Below are positions 42,301-51,100 of a stretch of 64,000 bases of DNA, in pieces. Made by a program: the position numbers and the translations under genes. Origin of the DNA: an uncultured Clostridia bacterium (GTDB lineage Bacteria > Bacillota > Clostridia > Christensenellales > UBA1242); assembly GCA_944362705.1 (NCBI GenBank), contig CALVTO010000001.1, positions 147,623 through 211,622 on the forward strand. Direction: 5' to 3'. Each line of letters starts with the position of its first letter. Within the stretch, counting starts at the first letter, position 1. Below the pieces are notes generated by a model that searched no databases, was not told the origin of the DNA, and worked only from the letters and a program-made list of their open reading frames with translations.

Positions 42301-43117
42301 TTTAACAGCTGATTTGTTTGTTCCGGAAGGGGTTCAAAGAATTTTGTCTACAATGGCCGCAACCGTTTTAACAGGGTCTGTATATATTTCAAGTACAGTA
42401 CAATATATAGTAAATGATACCGATTCTGCTTTGTTTACCACAATACTTAACTTATGTGAAACCATAGAAGTAGATCCAGAAAATAAATGGTATTCTAGCG
42501 GAAACGGCAATAATTATATAAAAGAAAATGCAACGAATACGGTGATATTCGCCTGCCCTAATACGATTTTAGATGACAGCGTGGAAGCTGTGAATTTAAT
42601 TGCGTATGTAAGTGTTGTTATGGATTATTTGTATATTCCAGATTCTGTTACGAGAATTTATGGTACATTAAGCGGCTTGGTTAATACATTTAAACACATT
42701 CGTTTGTCTGCCAATCTCACATCTTTGGACGAGATGAGCGTTGCTGGATTAACGAATATTGGTATTTTGGAATTTCCTGAAAATAGTAAAATTACGGCTA
42801 TTCCTAGTACGTTGTATCCTTCTTCTTTGCTAACATCGATTAAATGTATGGTTTTACCATCAACTATTGCTTCCATTTCATTTGAAAGAAAACCTAGCAT
42901 GGATTACGTTTTGGCGGCAAATACAACGGTTTTAAATTTAGCGAAGGCAAATATATCTATCAACGGTGTGTATGGGGGTTATGTTTTAACGACAACGCAA
43001 ACCGGTAATTTTACCACAGTGGATAGTGATACATATGGTTCTCGATTAACCACAAATGGTACGTATTTACGACTAGAATTATATGATGGAACGTATGTAT
43101 ATTACGCAAAGTCTTAA
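39335..43117 (+). CDS. Large secreted/surface BspA-type leucine-rich-repeat protein (1260 aa), paralogue A
   Basis: GGGAGGAG SD before ATG 39335. Signal-peptide-like MRCMKKYATLCFTFLAVMLGCC. Many LRR_5-like units (IGSYAFYSCTNVTTI, EPFAFMGAKNITGTYTIPDSV...). The N-terminal ~250 aa are homologous to 45120..52373. Confidence 0.8.
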   Translation: MRCMKKYATLCFTFLAVMLGCCVWGFSSVCGRASKQQLVGTYVSPTQSIALEAEVNGNALHIDVKPQDKLQALTDASGKPYAQAGSLTLPADATEVSVDFMRQFSAVASQITTITLGEGVQALGDAYYSEADGRYIGVFDGFTSLQTVDMPAVNKIGSYAFYSCTNVTTITTNAEVLTLNNYSISETNASLHILDANLVEVTFNGTWGTSGSGENYTGGITQHMVRILPYEQLEYITCSDAVYLGAQAVIGCSSLKVVDVRSAIAFSGDNIDILQTNPIFLLSSYDLSVVGDPLNADALDQVETVEEMIMLYKNMHTCLYVQIDAPESDLQYFHLEEKNTYISEDSTAPYMHVLNKNNTQTIFFDTYYTFNNYSITNSSGEGYLRYFTPTRNVDGYFESDVTTLYIPSSFGNETIHSISGNFYDQTAYLYNKTEVDAYQNINKLIISGGYEKMGILWQCGDAFGSENLTTPMPNLKTLIFADGIQNLVMDGNPSLIDESSLIEEIWLPNTLQLYNLAAGPNTVVDNYVVGIAASASVVQYKMHEGGNANVKISSDGSSVLSLDGTILYLGDSKGTIPEGVTYIEPFAFMGAKNITGTYTIPDSVLEIGSYSYIANRNVEEMIVGNGTQYVGSGIFSFSDALKIVRFGSSVQSIGMQVATNCFNIEEFYIDKNAPITSLPHGFLENAEHLTVLQLSDNIETIGNNSFTHHNLSRIILPANLVSLGYNCFDTGYVAGDNSTVHKMKYIDLMNMPVNTTSIGTNAFNGCFFDGYILLMDSKENYPSNNAFKTFLKEAQAGPASGNIKSSQILYQTTPTDIELNYIWYEGFDGIWENTTNPALIRIENTYYHRSLEFSEYTLTEADVTYQTTEDGTGIIITHFNTSAQNKDYVIIPDRFTELPIVEIRVSSALTVNKGVKLPDTLKIIGANSFIIAYGSVFEIPAGVEQIHSNFVGQQSRGISSFVVSPDNQHFQAIDGVLATKGGEYVDLVALTADLFVPEGVQRILSTMAATVLTGSVYISSTVQYIVNDTDSALFTTILNLCETIEVDPENKWYSSGNGNNYIKENATNTVIFACPNTILDDSVEAVNLIAYVSVVMDYLYIPDSVTRIYGTLSGLVNTFKHIRLSANLTSLDEMSVAGLTNIGILEFPENSKITAIPSTLYPSSLLTSIKCMVLPSTIASISFERKPSMDYVLAANTTVLNLAKANISINGVYGGYVLTTTQTGNFTTVDSDTYGSRLTTNGTYLRLELYDGTYVYYAKS
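39625..39657 (+). repeat. 33-nt exact direct repeat, copy 1 (shared with 45404-45436)
   Basis: tgtagattttatgcgtcagttttctgcggtggc (encodes VDFMRQFSAVA). Confidence 0.9.
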
Positions 43118-43125
43118 CAATAAAA

Positions 43126-43153
43126 AACAGGTGTGAAAACATCTGTTTTTTTT
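43126..43153 (+). terminator. Rho-independent terminator after LRR-A
   Basis: aacaggtg-N6-catctgtt followed by T8. Confidence 0.8.
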
Positions 43154-43331
43154 ATGTATAGCGTGTTGGTTTGCTGTGCGCGTATTTGTTCGTTTTTGCA
43201 GCTAGTGTGTAGATGCGAAATGAAAAAAGAAAATGCGCTAGTTACACAAACTTTTTTATTTTGACAAAATAAGCATGATTTTTATGGAATAAGCATGGGC
43301 AATATGGGCATATATATGTTTTACTAAGTGT

Positions 43332-44174
43332 ATGTCGGTGTACATAGAATATGTGGTTATAGATAACTTGGTTATCGACTTTATTGTGTTGTATTTGGTG
43401 GCTTTATGTATGCAGTATAAAACTGCATGGTATAAGCTATTCTTTTCTGCTTGCTTAGGTACATTTATGGCGGTTGTATTTCCTATGCTTACCATGCCTA
43501 TGTTATTATCTTTGTTTTGCAAATTTATGCTTTCGGTGTTTATGGTGCTTATCATAAAGCGCCCTAAAAGTCTTAAAGCGTTTGGCATAAGCTTGGGTTT
43601 GTTTTATGTGTTTACATGGCTTTTAGGGGGCATTATTTATGCGCTTATTTGGGCGTTAGGCGGTGATTTTATTTCTAGTTCTGCGCTTACATATTCTGCG
43701 CCTATTCCGGTAGGTGTGTTGCTTGCAATAGCTGTTGTGTATGGTATGATTTTGGCAAAAATTGCACGCAAAATGTACAAAGTAAAACACATGCAACCGT
43801 TTATAAAAAAAGTGGAATTGTACGCCTTAGGCGTACGAATGCAGTTTGTTGCATATGTAGATAGTGGAAATAGACTTTTTGATGCATCTTCGCATTTGCC
43901 TGTGGTTGTGGTGCAAGATACTGTTTTAGAAAAGTGTTTAGGTAAAATGGTGGTAGATGCTTTATTTGAAGGCAAACTGAAAAACGCGCCCGACTTGCAC
44001 TTTTTGCCCATACACTCAGTAGGTGGGGAAAGTACGCAAATACCTATTTTTTACGTGGAAAAATGCTTGATTGATGGAGTGCCTGTAATGATGGATTTTT
44101 ATGTGGGTGTTACAAGAACAAAGTTTGAAGATGCCGTAAAATACGAGGCGCTATTGCACCCATCACTGGTTTAG
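43332..44174 (+). CDS. spoIIGA: Sigma-E processing peptidase SpoIIGA
   Basis: Five N-terminal TM helices, the aspartic-protease motif AYVDSGNRLFD, and position directly upstream of sigE. Confidence 0.9.
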   Translation: MSVYIEYVVIDNLVIDFIVLYLVALCMQYKTAWYKLFFSACLGTFMAVVFPMLTMPMLLSLFCKFMLSVFMVLIIKRPKSLKAFGISLGLFYVFTWLLGGIIYALIWALGGDFISSSALTYSAPIPVGVLLAIAVVYGMILAKIARKMYKVKHMQPFIKKVELYALGVRMQFVAYVDSGNRLFDASSHLPVVVVQDTVLEKCLGKMVVDALFEGKLKNAPDLHFLPIHSVGGESTQIPIFYVEKCLIDGVPVMMDFYVGVTRTKFEDAVKYEALLHPSLV

Positions 44175-44188
44175 TAGGAGAAAAGAGT

Positions 44189-44899
44189 ATGAAGTGGTTA
44201 AAACGATTGTTACAACTTTTAGGGTTGTGTAAAAAACAAAACGCGCAACTGCATTATATGTATACAAAGGGCAATTCTTTGCCCGAAAAATTAAATAGCG
44301 ATGAAGAAGCGGTTCTTATAGAAAAAATGATGCAAGGCGATGAGGAAGCAAAGCAAACGCTTATTGAACGTAATTTGCGTTTGGTGGTGTACACGGCGGG
44401 TAAGTTTGAAAACACCGGTATTGGAACAGAAGACTTGGTTAGTATTGGCACCATTGGGTTAATTAAAGCCATAAATTCATATAATACAGAAAAAGAAATA
44501 AAACTTGCTACCTATGCTTCGCGTTGTATAGAGAATGAAATTTTGATGCAAATTCGTAAAACGCAAAAAATGAAGCGAGAAGTCTCTTTAGATGACCCAT
44601 TAAATACAGATACCGATGGCAACGAACTATTATTATGTGATGTACTTGGCACAGATAGCGAAACCGTAAGTGAACGCGTAATGAATGAGGTAGAAAACAA
44701 GCTTTTAAAAAAAGCATTGTTTGTATTAACAGATAAAGAGCGCTATATTATATCAAAAAGGTTTGGGCTGGGCGGTGGTGAGGAAATGACGCAAAAAGAG
44801 GTGGCCGACCAAATGGAAATTTCACAAAGTTATATTTCGCGCTTAGAAAAGAAAATTATGGATAAATTAAATAGAGAAATTATGAAATATTCTTCATAA
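44189..44899 (+). CDS. sigE: Mother-cell sporulation sigma factor SigE (pro-sigma-E)
   Basis: Pro-sequence MKWLKRLLQLLGL..., ERNLRLVVYTAGKFENTGIGTEDLVSIGTIGLIKA, KLATYASRCIENEILM, ISQSYISRLEKKI. Confidence 0.93.
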   Translation: MKWLKRLLQLLGLCKKQNAQLHYMYTKGNSLPEKLNSDEEAVLIEKMMQGDEEAKQTLIERNLRLVVYTAGKFENTGIGTEDLVSIGTIGLIKAINSYNTEKEIKLATYASRCIENEILMQIRKTQKMKREVSLDDPLNTDTDGNELLLCDVLGTDSETVSERVMNEVENKLLKKALFVLTDKERYIISKRFGLGGGEEMTQKEVADQMEISQSYISRLEKKIMDKLNREIMKYSS

Positions 44900-44923
44900 A
44901 ATTATGTATAGTGCAAAACAACA

Positions 44924-44948
44924 AACAACGGAATACCGTTGTTTTTTT
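44924..44948 (+). terminator. Rho-independent terminator after sigE
   Basis: aacaacgg-aata-ccgttgtt followed by T7. Confidence 0.85.
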
Positions 44949-45119
44949 ATAGTATGTGAAACATAATACCTACGGTTACGCTAAATTTATAAAAGTGTTT
45001 AAAAAAATTTGTAATATTATTTGTTTTTATATATACTATATATATAACTTTATATATACTACGTATGTAATTTTGTAAGCGAATGGTTACGAAAAAACTT
45101 GTACAGGAGGATAAACACA

Positions 45120-48100
45120 TTGTATAAAACAAACAAAATCGTTTATGTATATTATGTGTTAGGTGCATTGTTTATGATGCTATGCCTTTTAAGTGTTTCG
45201 GGTTTATTTCGCAAACATTTTGAAAGAGCTTTAACGGAATCTGCAACGGCAAGTATTGCCTTGGAGGCAACTGTAGATGGAAGTTCTTTATATATTCACA
45301 CAAAAAGCGATGAAGAAATAGTAAAAGATTTACATTATGCCACGGGCGAAGATTATGCAAAAGCGGGAGAAATGCTTTTGCCTGCTGACGCAACTGTTTT
45401 AACTGTAGATTTTATGCGTCAGTTTTCTGCGGTGGCAGAGAATATTACCAATATTACAATTGCTGAAAATATTTCCGTCATTGGAGATGCTTATTTTAGC
45501 GAGCAAGAACAACGCTACGTAGGGGTATTTGATGAATTTTCGTCTTTACAAACAGTTTCTATGACGAACGTTGATACCGTAGGTAGTTATGCGTTTTTTG
45601 GCTGTGACACTTTGCAAACCGTAACAACAGATGTTAGTGCACTTACTTTACATAATTTGTCTGTCAGAAATGCGGGCTCCATGCAAATACATGGTGCAAA
45701 TTTACAACACGTTATGTTTGAAGGGGCGTGGGGTACGGCTCGTAGTGGCGAAACCTATGTAGGTGGCATTACACAGGCGGATATGCAAGTATTGCCTAAG
45801 GAACAAGTAACACAGATTTCGTTTGTAGGAGATGTGGCTATTGGTGAGCAAGCTTTGCTTGGGTTTACAGCATTAGAATATGTGCAGGCTCCTCATGCGG
45901 TATGTTTTGACATTTCTTCGTTTGATTTTCATGCAACGAAACATTTTACCATTTCCTTACATGAAACAACCGAAATTACGGGCGCACCTTATGGAAGTGC
46001 GTATTCTAACGATGAAAGTATTCCGGCAGAAGATGGCGCTAAGTTTGATGCTATCTATATGCATATATTGTTTCCTATTTCAAGTACGGCAAGCGATTTG
46101 CAGTATTTTTCCTTTACAGACTATACGTATTTTTCAAAAGAAAATACAAACGGATATTTGTATAAAATTGAAACATTAGGTATAAAGCAGCTTTTTGCTG
46201 ATTATTTATATGTAAAAAATATTCATTACACAACCCAAGATAATGAGACGAATTTAACTTATATTGCGCCTATTAAAACAGACGGGACCGCTCGAGAAGA
46301 TGTGTCAGTTTTGTATTTGCCAAAGCAGAGCAGGGGTATAACCTTTACAAAAATTGAGGAAAACTTTGCCGAGGGTGCTAAAAACCCTGTAACCGGTAGT
46401 ACCGATGGCGCAGGCTCTTATGCTTATGTTACAAAATTGATGGTTTCTGGTGCGTATACAACTGTTGGAACCGTGTACAAGTCGTATGCGTTGCCTGCAT
46501 TAGAAACGATTATTTTTGCCGATGGAATTACAAGTGTATACAATAGCATTTTCACATTAGATGTTGGCGCTACATTTACCCAAGTTTGGTTGCCAAATAC
46601 ATTGCAAGTTTACACTTCGAATGAAAATATATATAAAGTGAATGCGTCTACTGTGGGTATTGTCATTGGTGGTAATGTGCAATATGCCATGCATGAAGGC
46701 GGAACTTCGTCGGTTTTGGTATCGCCAGACGGCTCTTATGTAACAAGTTTAGATGGATTAACTTTGTATTTAGGCAATAATACGGGTTATGTGCCTGAAG
46801 GTGTTGAAATTATTGCTTTAGATGCTTTTGCAGGTAAAAATGCTTTGCCGGCAGAGTATGAATTGCCAAATTCTGTAACGACTATATTTTCTGCTTTTAA
46901 GCAAGTTTCTACAAACGATGCTTCTGGGCTAAGTGTGTATATACCGAGCTCGGTAAGGTATATATATGGCGCTTTTGAAAATTGTTCTGTTTTAAAAAGT
47001 GTTACGTTTGCAGATAATAGTGCTTTGCAGACAATTTTTGCAAATACGTTTGCTTATTGCGTAAATTTACAAAACGTAGAGTTTGAAGGCGTTGCGCAAG
47101 TACAAACGGTGCAAGCAAATGCTTTTGCCTATTGTGAAAATTTATTGGAAATAACCGTGCCTAACAGTGTTACGCGTATAGCAGATACTGCGTTTACTGG
47201 GTGCGCGGGCTTAAAAACGGTTTACAATTATTCGGATTTATCGATTGTGGCTGGGCAAACCACATTTGGAGAAATTGCTGTGCATGCAGACGCCGTGTTT
47301 ACGTTGCAAAACAACACATTGGTTTTGTTTAATGGTTCAAGAGCGCATGTGGTTTTGCCAGAGTTTATTTATTTCATTGGTGCCAATGCGTTTTCCAATA
47401 TTTCCACTTTGCAACAAATTACATTTTCTAACTATGTGCAAAGCGTAAACGCAACAGCATTTTTAAACTGCTTGCAATTACAAGAATTTATTGTGGATAC
47501 AAATAGCACCTATTTTGAAAGTGTAAATGGTGTATTGTATACAAAAGGTTTACAAACTTTGGTTCGTTACCCGCAAGGTAAAGAAATTACAGAGTATACG
47601 CTACAACAAGCGGTACAAACGATTGGTGCATATGCTTTTTATGGTTGTGAAGGGCTCGTGTTATTACATGTTGCATCAAATGTACTTACCATTGAAAATA
47701 ATGCCTTTGAAAACTGCACACAGTTACAAACCATTTACAATTATTCAAATTTAACCATAGAATCAGGTTCGGTAAACCATGGTATGGTTGCGTTATATGC
47801 TTCTGCGGTTTATTCTATTACAGACACAACGTTGCGCGCGTTTAGTGGTACGATAAAAGATGTTGTCATTCCTGATTTTATTACAGCCATAGGGAGTAGA
47901 GCGTTTTACGGAAATACGGTTATGCAAACCATAACGATTCATAGTTTGGTATCTGGTATATATGAAGATGCTTTTTTACAGGCTTCGGCACTTGCAGGTG
48001 TTTACATAAAGGATGTATCCGCTTGGTGCAATACAACCTTTGCTAACAACTATGCAAACCCTTTATTTACAGCTGGAAATTTATACGTAAACAACGTGTT

Positions 48101-51100
48101 GGTTACCGCTTTACAAATACCAGAAGCGGTTTCCGTTATTTCGGCGTATGCGTTTGCGGGGCTAAAAAATGTTACGTCGCTTGCTTTACCAAATTCCGTA
48201 ACAACGATTGGGGCTAACACGTTTGAAAATGCGTCTATGACAGAAGTGCATTTTGCTGATGGTTTAACGCAAGTACAAGACAATGCTTTTAAAAACTGCA
48301 CGCAACTTGCCAGTGTGTATGTTGATTCTTTGGAACATTGGCTAAAAATTCGCTTTCAGCCAAATGCCTCGAATCCACTTTCCTTAGGTGCACATTTTTA
48401 TGTAAACAAGCAACAGGTTACAGAACTTGTTTTGCCAGCAACCACCACAACTGTTTTATCTGCTGCTTTTTACGGTTTTACAGACGTAACCAAGGTTACT
48501 ATGTATGGCGCGTTGCAAACCATTGAAGATAACGCATTTGTTGGTTGTGATAATTTACAAACGGTTGTTAATATTTCTAATTTAAATATTGTTGCGGGCA
48601 ATGCAGACTTTGGTGAAATAGCTCTGCACGCTATTGAAGTGTTTACGTTAGATGTTTCTACATATTACATAAAAGCGTTTAGTGGCACACAAACCAATAT
48701 TGTGTTACCAGATTTGGTGAAGGGTATTCAAAATACGGCATTTAGCGGAAATACATCTATTCAACAAATTTTCATACCTATTGGCGTTACGGAAATTATG
48801 TGGAACGCTTTTCAAGATTGTTCTGCATTACAAACAGTTACTTTTGCAGAAAATTCTGCGTTAGCAACAATTGGAAACAGTGCGTTTAATTCATGCACAT
48901 CGCTTACCACTATAACCATTCCGCAAGGTGTTACCTACATTGGTTATCATGTATTTAACCAGTGCACGAATTTAATAAATGTTACTTTGCTTGGTAATGT
49001 AACCACCATAGACGGTTTTGCTTTTGCTTCTTGCTCTGCTTTACAAACATTACAGTTGCAATCGTCGCCTTCGGTGATTGGAGAAAGTGCTTTTGCAAAT
49101 TGTACGTCTCTTTCGCAAATGTTCCGTGTAGATGCGGTTACATCTATTGGTGCAAGTGCTTTTAACGGGTGTGCTTCGTTACAAAGTGTAACGTTACCAA
49201 ACACGCTTACAACTTTGGGTGCAAGTGCTTTTGCCAATTGTTCTAAATTGCAAAACGCATCTTTATCTAATGCTTTAACAAGTATTGCTAATGAAACATT
49301 TGCAAACTGTGTTCAGTTACAAACCGTTTCAAATATGGGTGCGGTTGCTTCTATTGGAGAAAATGCTTTTACGGGCTGTGTGGCGTTAGCACAAATTTCT
49401 TTATCGGGCTCGTTGCAATCGATTGCAAATAACGCTTTTTATAATTGCTCGTCGTTACAAAATGTGTATTTTGCATCGAATGTAAATGCTTGGGCAAATA
49501 TAAGTTTTTCAAACGCCAATGCAAACCCATTGTATTACGGGGCAAAATTGTTTGATGCGAACAACAACTTAGTTACCAACGTTTTCTTTGAAAATGGGGT
49601 AGATACCATTAAACCTTATATTTTCTATAATTACGTTTACTTACAAAGTGTAGCACTTTTAGATAATTGGCCAGACGTTGGCACAGATGCCTTTTATGGC
49701 TGTGTAAATTTAAAAGTTGTATTGCACGATACTTTGCGCATAAATATTAAGCCAGGAAATGATAATCATGGGTATGTCGCTTATTACGCAGATATTGTCT
49801 TTGATTTTGATAGAGATTCACGCTATATTACTGATTATACCGGTAACATTTCTAACTTAATTATTCCAGAAGGCGTGTATGGCTTAGATACAGATGTATT
49901 CAAAGGGGATACTTCTCTACAAACGTTAACCATACCATCTTCTATGAAAGTGGTTGCGTACAACTCGTTTCAAGATTGTACAAACTTAACCGCTATTTAC
50001 TTTACAGAATCGGCTACGCAAACGGGAACTTTACAAATTCAAAATAGTGCGTTTGAAGGTTGTACGTCGTTGCAAACCGTAGAGTTTTCGAACATTGTTG
50101 GGTCTATTGGTTGGAATGCGTTTAAAAACTGTTCTTCTATTTGCTGGTTAACTTTGCCTAGTTCGTTAACTGTAATTGAAGGTAATGCGTTTGAAGGTTG
50201 CACGCGCTTAGCGGCTATTATTAACCATTCTTCGTTATCTTTGCAAGATGGTTCAACGGATAATGGCTATGTTGCATATTATGCGGGATACATTGAAGAT
50301 AGTGGTAATTTTGAAATAGTAGATGGCGTTTATTTAGTAGAAACCAACCTAAATGCACTGATTCGCTATTATGGTAGCGAAACGGAAATTGTTTTGCCTA
50401 GCAGTATTCCTGATATTTATTATAAAGGGTTTTATTTAAATACGAATATTCAAAAAGTTACCGTTACATCGGCAACTTCAAGCATAGGGGACAAGGCGTT
50501 TGAAGGTTGTGTAAATTTGCAAACGGTTATAAACACAACTTCATTTGACATTATGGCAGGGCTAGAAACATACGGTTACATTGCGTATTATGCCGAATAT
50601 GTGTATACATTAAATGCCTCAGGCACAACTTTATTAAAATTTAGTGGTTCGGGCTTGCATGTGGTAGTTCCGCAAGGCGTTCAAACCATTGTATCTAATG
50701 TATTTGAAAATAATACCACCATGTTATCTATTGTTTTGCCAAGTTCCTTAACTTCCATTGAAACAGATGCGTTTGTGGAATGTATCAATTTGGCGGCTAT
50801 TGAAAATAATTCTACTATATCGATAACTCTTGGGGCTTCTACAAATGGCTCGATTGCCTACTATGCTGGTTATATTGGAAATATTGATACGCTTACCTTG
50901 GTAGATAATACATATTGGCTAATAAATAATACTCTTTTACTTAAAGTATTAAATGATGTTGCGGTTATTAACAATATACCGCAATCGGTTACGGCGATTG
51001 CTAGATACGCATTTTACAAGAATACAAGTGTTCAAACTTTATACGTGCCTTCTACGATTACTAAAATAAACGATTATGCATTTTATGGTTGTACAAATTT

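Noticed and set aside
43261-43331. spoIIG-type promoter with Spo0A boxes upstream of spoIIGA (TTGACA at 43261; direct repeat aataagcatg x2)
   Set aside because: There is no acceptable -10 at 17 or 22 nt from the TTGACA, and no TGTCGAA-type 0A box. The repeat is only 10 nt. It is left unannotated.
45026-45061. 13-nt direct repeat TTTATATATACTA x2 upstream of LRR-B, considered as a phase-variation or promoter element
   Set aside because: This is low-complexity TA-rich sequence. There is no invertase, no inverted repeats and no homopolymer tract, so it cannot be distinguished from chance.
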